DNA of 38,267 nucleotides from a virus (IMGVR_UViG_3300025896_000012:1-38267); one strand, 5' to 3'. Shown: positions 17,166-23,609, counted from the stretch's first letter. Notes: generated by a model not told the origin, from the sequence alone. Numbers and translations are program-made.

Positions 17166-17233
17166 TGAACGGTGTAGTTGTAACCACACTAGCCATTATC
17201 GGGTTCGTTGCTTTACTTACTTGGATATTCTAG
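17165..17233 (+). CDS. 22-aa hydrophobic peptide
   Basis: TAATG overlap with the holin stop. Hand-translated as MNGVVVTTLAIIGFVALLTWIF. Confidence 0.3.
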   Translation: MNGVVVTTLAIIGFVALLTWIF

Positions 17234-17274
17234 GCTATAATTAAATCCAGAGATTTTTGAACCCTCTAAGCTAG

Positions 17275-17351
17275 AAACCCCGGAATCACTTGTACTCTGA
17301 GTAAACTGTTAAGGATACTCTGTGGTTTAATTGTACAAGGCTGGGGTTTTT
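17275..17351 (+). terminator. Large branched hairpin plus T-run at the end of the late/lysis operon
   Basis: aaacccc (17275-81) pairs with ggggttt (17343-49), followed by ttttt. Inner stems are cttgtac/gtacaag and gagta/tactc. Confidence 0.4.
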
Positions 17352-17393
17352 GGTATAATAAAAACGTTCACTTACAATCGTCCAGATTGATTA

Positions 17394-17456
17394 GGAAGAC
17401 TTCACAAATGTAGAATTTGCACACATCCTAGCAAATTTTACAGAGAAGTCTTTTTT
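17394..17456 (+). terminator. Intrinsic terminator (two-tier hairpin plus T6)
   Basis: aagacttc (17396-403) pairs with gaagtctt (17445-52). Inner stem tagaatttgc (17411-20) pairs with gcaaatttta (17431-40), with one G-U. Followed by tttttt. Confidence 0.55.
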
Positions 17457-17458
17457 AG

Positions 17459-17488
17459 TTGCAAAAATAAAACCACAAGGAGTACACT
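17459..17488 (+). promoter_or_regulatory. Sigma70-like promoter (TTGCAA-18-TACACT) ahead of the first early ORFs
   Basis: Both hexamers were read directly. It lies 28 nt upstream of ATG 17517, which has an AGGTGG Shine-Dalgarno. Confidence 0.4.
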
Positions 17489-17516
17489 AAGACTAGTACT
17501 TAACATAGGTGGAAAT

Positions 17517-17681
17517 ATGGCAGAACAAATAGAGTTCCTAGACGATTTAAAGATAGTAGACGTAAGAGATATGGCTAGACGTGCTGTAGGGGCTGTACAA
17601 GGCTTTCTAGCTTTAGGAACGACTACAGAACTATGTTTGTCTGAACACGCTAACCCTGAACCTCCAGAAGAAGCTAAGTAG
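17517..17681 (+). CDS. Small acidic early protein (54 aa)
   Basis: Hand-translated as MAEQIEFLDDLKIVDVRDMARRAVGAVQGFLALGTTTELCLSEHANPEPPEEAK, with an AGGTGG SD. Explains the region better than minus-strand ORF 17438..17707. Confidence 0.45.
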   Translation: MAEQIEFLDDLKIVDVRDMARRAVGAVQGFLALGTTTELCLSEHANPEPPEEAK

Positions 17682-17682
17682 C

Positions 17683-17853
17683 ATGGAACGCTTCGGGGAT
17701 ATGGCAATCACCGAAGATTTAAAAATGTGCCTTGAGAGCGAAATGCTTGCTGAACTACAAGAGTGCATAGATAGAAACTGGTTTACAGAACAAGAAGCCC
17801 AGCAAGCCTATGCAGACTGGCATAAACAATTTGAGGCAGACTATGGGAATTGA
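17683..17853 (+). CDS. Small acidic early protein (56 aa)
   Basis: Starts 2 nt after the previous stop. Hand-translated as MERFGDMAITEDLKMCLESEMLAELQECIDRNWFTEQEAQQAYADWHKQFEADYGN. Its stop overlaps the next start. Confidence 0.45.
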   Translation: MERFGDMAITEDLKMCLESEMLAELQECIDRNWFTEQEAQQAYADWHKQFEADYGN

Positions 17854-18181
17854 AGTGTCGAGGCATCATTTAATTCACCCAAAGCGGCACTACAAGACAC
17901 CAGTAGAGAAGCGTTTTAGGAACGATAGCGGTTTAATCATACCTATGGTACATCTAGGCCATAGAGAGCTTCATGCAGAGGTTAGACCACCACTGAAACT
18001 TACTCGTGACCAAATGCTAGGGGCAATCTCTATGTTAGAAGAAACACAAATACCATTCGGGCAAGTTGAAAGAGTAGAAGAATTAGCTGCTTATTTACAG
18101 GTCAGATCGGAACGAGAACGTAAAGTAGCCTATAACATTATGCAGCAAGTAGAGTTCTTGCATGATTGGGCTGTTGAATAA
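17843..18181 (+). CDS. His-rich hypothetical protein (112 aa from ATG 17843; track start 17810)
   Basis: ATG 17843 overlaps the upstream stop (ATGGGAATTGA). Contains RHHLIHPKRH and HLGHRELHAEV. Function unknown. Confidence 0.5.
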   Translation: MGIEVSRHHLIHPKRHYKTPVEKRFRNDSGLIIPMVHLGHRELHAEVRPPLKLTRDQMLGAISMLEETQIPFGQVERVEELAAYLQVRSERERKVAYNIMQQVEFLHDWAVE

Positions 18182-18210
18182 TCCGGCAATCTGTAGTAAA
18201 ATACAAAAAT

Positions 18211-18272
18211 AATACCGCCCCTTGTGTGTACTTAATCCTATTAGCAACACACTCGACTTGGGCGGTATTTTT
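18211..18272 (+). terminator. Long hairpin plus T-run after the first early gene block
   Basis: aataccgccc (18211-20) pairs perfectly with gggcggtatt (18260-69). An inner gtgtgt/acacac stem is present, followed by ttttt. Two further small hairpins follow (gcccag/ctgggc at 18284-303; cctgt/acagg at 18308-24, then tttt). Confidence 0.5.
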
Positions 18273-18538
18273 GATAGCAAATAGCCCAGACATAATGCTG
18301 GGCGTGTCCTGTGGTGGGTACAGGGGTTTTGCTTATATATAATATCATGGACTGACGGCCTAAGAAAGTGCGAAAAACATGAAAACCGTTCGTAAGTTTA
18401 ATCTTCTTTATTGGTGACTTATACAAAAATATAAATATGACCGCCAGTATAATGTGCTTTACTTGCCGTAGCTTGTAACTAAGTACAGTATACGCTTGTG
18501 GTTAGGAAAATACCATAATCGACATGTATCGAAAATGG

Positions 18539-18583
18539 TTATCCACTGTTTATAACCTATACGTGCATAACTTCTGTGGATAA
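18539..18583. promoter_or_regulatory. Inverted pair of DnaA-box 9-mers (candidate replication origin core)
   Basis: TTATCCACT at 18539-47 has one mismatch to TTATCCACA. TGTGGATAA at 18575-83 is the exact reverse complement of the consensus. Flanked by two copies of the AT-rich 10-mer aaaaatataa (18425-34 and 18582-91). Confidence 0.5.
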
Positions 18584-18596
18584 AAATATAAGCGCA

Positions 18597-18625
18597 TTGC
18601 CTAAATTTATGCTTTACGGTACAAT
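18597..18625 (+). promoter_or_regulatory. Sigma70-like promoter TTGCCT-17-TACAAT
   Basis: Hexamers at 18597-602 and 18620-25 with a 17-nt spacer. Fires into the structured region 18632-18771. Confidence 0.45.
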
Positions 18626-18749
18626 AGTAGGCATAGAGTTCTGATTCATCTCAAAATCAATCAGAACCCTATACGAAGAATATTTATGTAGGGTCTTGTA
18701 TTGTCGATCGTCTTGGCTTATAATTAAAAGCGAGATGAATCAGACAGAG

Positions 18750-18771
18750 AAGCACCCTACGGGGTGTTTTT
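18750..18771 (+). terminator. Short GC hairpin with tetraloop plus T5
   Basis: caccc-tacg-gggtg, extended by G-U and A-U pairs, then ttttt. Lies 87 nt upstream of ATG 18858. Confidence 0.4.
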
Positions 18772-18857
18772 CAATTACAAATAACTTCGTTCTGCAGGAC
18801 ATAGTTCAAACCACAAACTTTTTAACGAAGGTATCTAAACAGATGCTTGGAGAATAT

Positions 18858-19130
18858 ATGGCAGAACGGATCAACGAACTCATGGCTTCAAAACAGCTGT
18901 CAGCTGAACACCAGAAACCAAAACAGCTGTCAGCTGTAGATAACAAGAAGATCGACCAACTAATAGAGGAGTACAGCGACTTAACCAGAACAGGCCGAAA
19001 CATGGACGGTTACTATGCTAGCACCATTAGAAAGTTCGGTGTTCAACGCTGGATTATTTTAGCTCGTACCGCAAGGCAAGAGGGTAAAGTGCCAGCACGC
19101 TACTTCAATTATTTATTAAAGAACGGTTAG
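18858..19130 (+). CDS. Hypothetical basic protein (90 aa), possible origin-associated DNA-binding protein
   Basis: ATG 18858 is preceded by GGAGA. The track start at 18696 would run through the hairpins and terminator. The C-terminal FGVQRWIILARTARQEGKVPARYF is helix-turn-helix-like. The gene contains the CAGCTG repeat pair. Confidence 0.5.
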   Translation: MAERINELMASKQLSAEHQKPKQLSAVDNKKIDQLIEEYSDLTRTGRNMDGYYASTIRKFGVQRWIILARTARQEGKVPARYFNYLLKNG

Positions 19131-19132
19131 TC

Positions 19133-19161
19133 TTGCTAACGGCTAGCATGTTTGCTATACT
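19133..19161 (+). promoter_or_regulatory. Early/middle promoter family member P1 (TTGCTA-17-TATACT, GCTAGC in spacer)
   Basis: cTTGCTAacGGCTAGCatgtttgcTATACTgtag, then the conserved leader aagctaataggaaagg (19171-86) and ATG 19193. Confidence 0.55.
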
Positions 19162-19192
19162 GTAGTAGTTAAGCTAATAGGAAAGGTTACAA

Positions 19193-19822
19193 ATGGTCAA
19201 AGACAACCAACTAATATCAATCGCTGGGGATAAATTACCTCAGTTTAAAGAACTCGACCAACTATCTGAGTTCCTTAATCAAGATCCACCAGAGCAGTGG
19301 TTGAAAGATCACCCATTCGCAAAAGGTGTTAAGTATCTCCCTATAGATAAAATAGAGCTAATGCTTACTAAGATCTTCCAGGAGTGGCGTGTTGAAGTAC
19401 AACGAGAGGGTCAGTTACTAAACTCAATTTACTGTACTGTTCGTTTGTACTACCTACACCCAACTACGAGAAAAATGGTATGGCAAGACGGTGTAGGTGC
19501 GGTAGCTATTCAAGTAGACCAAGGCAAGAACGCTAGTGATTTAGGTGCTATTAAATCAAACGCTATAATGCTAGGCTTACCGGCTGCTGAGAGTTACGCT
19601 ATAAAAGACGCAGCCGAAAAGATCGGTAAGATATTTGGTGCAGACATTAACCGTAAAGACGTGGTAGACTTTAGCCCCTCTTACGCTGTTGATGATGATG
19701 CCGAACAAAAGATTAAAGCTGCAACCACTGTAGATGAGCTACAGGCGGTTATGGACTCACTAACCCCAGCAGACAAAGCTAAGTTCCAAGAGTTAATGGA
19801 AGCTCAATATGCCCAGCTATAA
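19193..19822 (+). CDS. Rad52/Sak-like single-strand annealing protein
   Basis: YLPIDKIELMLTKIFQEWRVEV and AAESYAIKDAAEKIGKIFG resemble the Rad52-family core (..A.TDALKRA...FG). Followed by an exonuclease partner. Confidence 0.6.
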   Translation: MVKDNQLISIAGDKLPQFKELDQLSEFLNQDPPEQWLKDHPFAKGVKYLPIDKIELMLTKIFQEWRVEVQREGQLLNSIYCTVRLYYLHPTTRKMVWQDGVGAVAIQVDQGKNASDLGAIKSNAIMLGLPAAESYAIKDAAEKIGKIFGADINRKDVVDFSPSYAVDDDAEQKIKAATTVDELQAVMDSLTPADKAKFQELMEAQYAQL

Positions 19823-20690
19823 AGTAATAGAAGCCGAACAACGCAGCCCAGAATGGCACGCTGCCAGGCTTGGTATTATTACAGGCTCAAGAATGAAAGA
19901 TGTTATGGCTATTGGCGCTCGTGGCGGTTACTTAGCTCCTCGTGACCAATACAAAAAAGAGCTTGTTTCCGAACGTCTAACAGGTGAGCGAGCCGATAAA
20001 GACATTTATGTTAATGATGCTATGAAGTGGGGAATATTAAACGAGGGTATCGCAAGAACTAACTACCAGCTCAGAACTGGTAATAAGGTTAAAGAGGTTG
20101 GATTCATGCGTTCAACTCTAGGTGAATATGGCGTAAGCCCTGATGGTTTAGTTGGTGATGATGGTTTGCTTGAGATTAAATGTTTAATGACCCACAACCA
20201 TCTCTACAACATATTTCAAAATGCCATGTCTGTATTCAGCGATGACGATGCAAGCATTCGTGATCTATTACCTAAGGACTACCGAGCGCAAGTTCAAATG
20301 CAGCTCTGGGTTACAGGGCGTGAGTGGTGCGATTTTGTCGGCTACGACAGCCGTTTACCAGTTGGCCTAGATATGTTTGTTGTACGTGTTCCGAGAGATG
20401 AAACATTCATTGAGCTTATGGAAATGGAAACAGACTCATTTATGAAAGAAGTGAGGAGTGATGTTAAAGCGTTCCTACAGTACCTACCTGTTGCCGAGAG
20501 AGCTTGTAAGCAGTGTGGCTCAGTATTTATTGATAAGCTCAGTATGTGCCATGACCCAGAGTGTTACAGCATACACAGTCAAATATTGAAGATACTACAA
20601 GAACCAGAAATAAAGCTTACGAAACAACTCGAAGCCTTGTACATGAATCTTGGTAGTGATGTAGAGGCTGTCAAAGATGCAACTCTTTAA
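19809..20690 (+). CDS. YqaJ-type (lambda Exo-like, PD-(D/E)XK) recombination exonuclease with C-terminal Cys cluster
   Basis: QRSPEWHAARLGIITGSRMKDVM and GVSPDGLVGDDGLLEIKC are classic YqaJ motifs. The C-terminal cluster is CKQCGSVF...CHDPEC. Confidence 0.75.
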   Translation: MPSYKVIEAEQRSPEWHAARLGIITGSRMKDVMAIGARGGYLAPRDQYKKELVSERLTGERADKDIYVNDAMKWGILNEGIARTNYQLRTGNKVKEVGFMRSTLGEYGVSPDGLVGDDGLLEIKCLMTHNHLYNIFQNAMSVFSDDDASIRDLLPKDYRAQVQMQLWVTGREWCDFVGYDSRLPVGLDMFVVRVPRDETFIELMEMETDSFMKEVRSDVKAFLQYLPVAERACKQCGSVFIDKLSMCHDPECYSIHSQILKILQEPEIKLTKQLEALYMNLGSDVEAVKDATL

Positions 20691-21111
20691 CCTATCCATC
20701 CCCCAAGACTACGAAAGAGCAGAAGCCCTATTTGTAGAAATGTGCAAGGATGGTAAGTTTATCGAGTTAGGCATAGCCAAAAAGAAACGTACACCAGCGC
20801 AGAACAGAGCGATCCACGTACTGTTTAACAATCTAGCAGATCAATTAAATGAAGCTGGCCTAGATATGGTAGCAGTGATGAAACATGGTGTTGAAATACC
20901 ATGGACAGGTGACCTAGTTAAAGAAAACCTATGGAAGCCACTACAGCAAGCCATGCTACAGAAAAAGTCAACCACACAGCTTACAACTAAGGATATCGAC
21001 AAAGTTTTTGAAACACTTAACCGTCACTTAGCTGAGAAGTTGAACATAGCGATTGAGTTCCCAAGTATCGAAACGATCATTAATAACCAGAGAGTAAAGG
21101 AGAATGTATGA
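20677..21111 (+). CDS. ninB: NinB/Orf-like recombination mediator
   Basis: 144 aa. RTPAQNRAIHVLFNNLADQL parallels lambda NinB RSLDQNRKLWACLGDVSRQV. KKSTTQLTTKDIDKVFETLNRHL parallels the lambda STSRMRVGEFAELLELIQ segment. Confidence 0.55.
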   Translation: MQLFNLSIPQDYERAEALFVEMCKDGKFIELGIAKKKRTPAQNRAIHVLFNNLADQLNEAGLDMVAVMKHGVEIPWTGDLVKENLWKPLQQAMLQKKSTTQLTTKDIDKVFETLNRHLAEKLNIAIEFPSIETIINNQRVKENV

Positions 21112-21404
21112 GAAAAAATTTAACAGAAGCTAAGTTTAAAGAAGTCAAAAGACACATCGGTATATTTGCTGGATCTAGGAGACTAGCCCATAGGTTCGAT
21201 CTATCAGAAAAAACGATATTGCAGATTAAGGGGTCACCGACATTCTTAGATTATACAGCCAGCAATAAGGCACAGCACCCACCTGTAAAGTTCTCGTTAA
21301 AAGAAGCAGTCTTAGATTTGCACTACAATACATTCAGGAAAAATAACAGTTACATTCCACCTAAGAGCGCACGCTTGGCTATCATAGAGTTATTAAATAA
21401 TTAA
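21108..21404 (+). CDS. Hypothetical protein, possible HTH
   Basis: 98 aa. RRLAHRFDLSEKTILQIKGS is HTH-like. ATGA overlap with the upstream gene. Confidence 0.5.
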   Translation: MRKNLTEAKFKEVKRHIGIFAGSRRLAHRFDLSEKTILQIKGSPTFLDYTASNKAQHPPVKFSLKEAVLDLHYNTFRKNNSYIPPKSARLAIIELLNN

Positions 21405-21413
21405 GGAGTTACC

Positions 21414-21815
21414 ATGACAAATTTAAATCAAAAGGGTTTTGTAGCAGAATCAGTAGCATTTATCGCTATTGTGGGCTTTCTAATCGGTCTAATCGCGTTC
21501 TCCATGTGGGGTTTACCGAAGTACGGTGTATATAGAAGAACTCAAAGGGGCAAAGCAGAACTTGCCGAAGCGCAATTTAGCAAACAGACAAAGCTAGAAG
21601 AAGCAAAAGCGAACTTAGAAGCAGAAAAACTTAATGCTCAGTCAGAAATTGAACGTGCAAAGGGTGCGGCCGAATCTATTAAAGTTGAAGGCGGCCAACT
21701 AACCGATGAATACATCAAATATCTATGGGTTCGTAATTTAGAGAACGGTAAAAGTGAGAAGATCTATATACCTACAGAAGCAGGTCTACCAATCTTAGAA
21801 GCTAGAGGTAAATAG
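21414..21815 (+). CDS. Membrane-anchored coiled-coil protein
   Basis: TM segment FVAESVAFIAIVGFLIGLIAFSMWGL, then a K/E/A-rich coil. The C-terminal YIKYLWVRNLE...IYIPTEAGLPI is faintly SPFH-like. AAGGAG SD. Confidence 0.5.
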   Translation: MTNLNQKGFVAESVAFIAIVGFLIGLIAFSMWGLPKYGVYRRTQRGKAELAEAQFSKQTKLEEAKANLEAEKLNAQSEIERAKGAAESIKVEGGQLTDEYIKYLWVRNLENGKSEKIYIPTEAGLPILEARGK

Positions 21816-21816
21816 T

Positions 21817-22044
21817 ATGGGCTGGAGCAAAGAGAAAAAAGAAGCTAACCGATTAAAACGCATTGAGAAGTGGGGCAGTGAAGAAAACTACCGTAAACAT
21901 ATGCAAGATATAGCCTCATTTCGCCCATCTCAAGAAACGATAGACAAGATGCTTGCTACTCGTGAAGAAAAGGGGATGGACACCGAGTACTTCAAAAAGT
22001 TAGGCCGGCTTGGTGGGAGGCCCCGAAAAAATGACAATTCATAA
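21817..22044 (+). CDS. Hypothetical basic protein (75 aa)
   Basis: ORF starting 2 nt after the upstream stop. C-terminal GRLGGRPRK. Confidence 0.5.
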   Translation: MGWSKEKKEANRLKRIEKWGSEENYRKHMQDIASFRPSQETIDKMLATREEKGMDTEYFKKLGRLGGRPRKNDNS

Positions 22045-22104
22045 GCTATGCAATATTTGCCATCGCAGAATTGTAAAAGGTTCTAAGTATAAGGACTACT
22101 GCAA

Positions 22105-22485
22105 ATGTCCCGACAATGCTTGACCTGCGGCAAACGTGCCTATTCAGACTATTGCGTGCAGCATAAGCCACGCAAGCCCCTTAACAAACTAGGTAAACGT
22201 GGTAAGCAGAACAAGATAACCAGTGATCGGTTTAGGTCAACTCTCAACCCCGATCAGATATACTACTGCTACTTACAAATACACGAATACTGCCCTGTAA
22301 CGCTCACAGCCGATCAAGTAGTACCTGAACACGTTAAATCGAAAAGCGGTTCACCAGAACTACGAGATAGCCTAGAGAACATAAAGAAAGCTTGTACTTG
22401 GTGTAACGGATTAAAAGGCAGCAGATCACTCGAAAACTTAGCTAAAGAATACCCTCACCTAACAAAATACTTGACAAACGGTTAG
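22105..22485 (+). CDS. HNH-family endonuclease-like protein
   Basis: N-terminal CLTCGKRAYSDYCVQH knuckle. C-terminal VPEHVKSKSGSP...NIKKACTWCNGLKG matches the H..N..CxxC pattern. Confidence 0.55.
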   Translation: MSRQCLTCGKRAYSDYCVQHKPRKPLNKLGKRGKQNKITSDRFRSTLNPDQIYYCYLQIHEYCPVTLTADQVVPEHVKSKSGSPELRDSLENIKKACTWCNGLKGSRSLENLAKEYPHLTKYLTNG

Positions 22486-22500
22486 CGAGTATGCTAAACT
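22471..22500 (+). promoter_or_regulatory. Early/middle promoter family member P2 (TTGACA-18-TAAACT)
   Basis: cTTGACAaacGGTTAGCgagtatgcTAAACT, then the leader aagctaataggaaagg (22512-27) and ATG 22533. Lies inside the 3' end of the HNH gene. Confidence 0.5.
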
Positions 22501-22532
22501 TCAAGAGTCATAAGCTAATAGGAAAGGTAAGA

Positions 22533-22784
22533 ATGGCAAAAACAACTGACGAGCTAGTCAAAAAAATAGCACCCAAAACAAAAACACCTAAAAAGAAAGT
22601 AAGTAAAATGAAGAATCAGAACCTTAGAACAATAGTAACCGTAGTAGCAACATTAGCAGTAGTCGGAGCAGTAACCCTGGTAGCCTTAACAGCCTACAAC
22701 AAAGGAGTGAACACTGGCGCAGCTAACGAACGCAAACTACAATCAACTATTCAAGAAGCAGTTGCTAAGCAGTCAAAACAATAA
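22533..22784 (+). CDS. Lys-rich signal-anchor membrane protein (83 aa)
   Basis: ATG 22533 follows the conserved leader; the track start at 22491 lies in the -10 box. TM segment IVTVVATLAVVGAVTLVALTAY. Probably the N-terminal part of a fusion with the following transglycosylase domain (see findings). Confidence 0.55.
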   Translation: MAKTTDELVKKIAPKTKTPKKKVSKMKNQNLRTIVTVVATLAVVGAVTLVALTAYNKGVNTGAANERKLQSTIQEAVAKQSKQ

Positions 22785-22912
22785 AGCCTCAGTTAGCTGT
22801 AGTAGCTAAGGCAGAACTTCAAACTACAGTACCAGCTATTAAACCAACTCCTGTAGGCTGCGAGCCATACAGGAACTTAGTAGCCAAGTATAACTGGAAC
22901 ATTCAAATAGCT

Positions 22913-23161
22913 ATGGCAGTTATGAAAGCCGAATCAGGTTGCAATACGTTGTCCGTTGGTGACACACAGCCGATCAATGGCCTCTTAGCTCCGAGCTGTG
23001 GACTGTTCCAGATCCGCACATTAAAAGGTAGACCAAGTTGTGAAGCGTTAAAAGACCCAGCTACTAATATAGAATGGGCTTACAAAATATCTAACAACGG
23101 CACAAACTGGAAACCTTGGAGTGTGTTTACAAACGGAAAATATATTAAGCATCTCAAGTAG
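22913..23161 (+). CDS. Lytic transglycosylase (SLT/lysozyme-like) domain, N-terminally incomplete as annotated
   Basis: MKAESGCN (catalytic Glu-Ser), CGLFQI and EWAY motifs. The frame is open upstream to 22769 and encodes domain-like sequence (CEPYRNLVAKYNWNIQIAMAV) with no ATG/GTG/TTG. No SD precedes ATG 22913. Confidence 0.6.
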   Translation: MAVMKAESGCNTLSVGDTQPINGLLAPSCGLFQIRTLKGRPSCEALKDPATNIEWAYKISNNGTNWKPWSVFTNGKYIKHLK

Positions 23162-23180
23162 GTGCTTTTTATATTATGTG

Positions 23181-23210
23181 TTGACAAACATGCTAGCCGT
23201 TTGCTATACT
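23181..23210 (+). promoter_or_regulatory. Early/middle promoter family member P3 (TTGACA-18-TATACT, GCTAGC in spacer)
   Basis: gTTGACAaacatGCTAGCcgtttgcTATACTgtag, then the leader aagctaataggaagg (23220-34) and ATG 23240. Confidence 0.6.
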
Positions 23211-23239
23211 GTAGGTACAAAGCTAATAGGAAGGCAAGT

Positions 23240-23452
23240 ATGCAAATCAAAGTAAAGGAAATACCGGCAGAATACATCTTAAATGATGATTGGTTATTCG
23301 AGTGTAGCCACCAAAACACTCATGTAGAAGAAGTAGAAAACGTCTATTGGGTAGGAGATAGCGATCAAAGCTACAACTCTCACATAGTTGTGTGCGATAA
23401 CTGTAACGAAGAAATCGAGAACGGTTTAGAAGATGGCGGTTATTGTGAGTAA
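23240..23452 (+). CDS. Small Cys-containing hypothetical protein (70 aa)
   Basis: ATG 23240 follows the conserved leader; the track start at 23162 would overlap the promoter. Contains the CDNCNEE motif. Confidence 0.55.
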   Translation: MQIKVKEIPAEYILNDDWLFECSHQNTHVEEVENVYWVGDSDQSYNSHIVVCDNCNEEIENGLEDGGYCE

Positions 23453-23609
23453 GTTAGACAACTTCTTTAAGGATCTCAGCTTGATAATCTCACCAGAAGC
23501 AACAAGCAACTGCTGTGATGCCGTACCACTAGGCGAGCTATTTATGCTTACTGGTAGATGCTCAGAATGTTTAGAGATGGGTTTGTTTACGGAGGTTGAA
23601 GATGAATAA
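23445..23609 (+). CDS. Small hypothetical protein (54 aa, GTG start)
   Basis: Hand-translated as VSKLDNFFKDLSLIISPEATSNCCDAVPLGELFMLTGRCSECLEMGLFTEVEDE. Fills an otherwise uncovered 150 nt, with start and stop overlapping the neighbouring genes. Confidence 0.3.
   Translation: MSKLDNFFKDLSLIISPEATSNCCDAVPLGELFMLTGRCSECLEMGLFTEVEDE

Noticed and set aside
17275-17351. Possible tRNA (7-bp aaacccc/ggggttt closing stem around about 75 nt)
   Set aside because: The interior cannot be folded into D, anticodon and T arms. There is no GTTC-type T loop, and unpaired bases separate the would-be T stem from the acceptor 3' strand. The T-run fits a terminator instead. I saw no other tRNA-like sequence.
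17438-17707. 89-aa minus-strand ORF, the only sizeable ORF the track offers for this region
   Set aside because: The plus strand carries two consecutive small ORFs (17517-17681 and 17683-17853). They have an AGGTGG SD and stop/start coupling into 17843..18181, consistent with the one-strand organisation. The minus ORF has no SD and a Ser/Pro/Cys-rich shadow composition.
18095-18426. Minus-strand ORFs 18095..18280 and 18241..18426 as possible divergently transcribed regulators (for example a repressor) in the control region
   Set aside because: They overlap the terminator hairpins, have no SD and show odd composition (Cys/Tyr/Ile-rich) with no HTH pattern. I found no lysogeny switch.
22491-22532. 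Upstream ATG starts given by the ORF track for 22491..22784, 23162..23452, 18696..19130, 15534..16208 and 34667..35440
   Set aside because: Each extension runs through a promoter, conserved leader, terminator hairpin or the preceding gene. An internal ATG with a proper SD or stop-start overlap exists in each case (22533, 23240, 18858, 15618, 34718).
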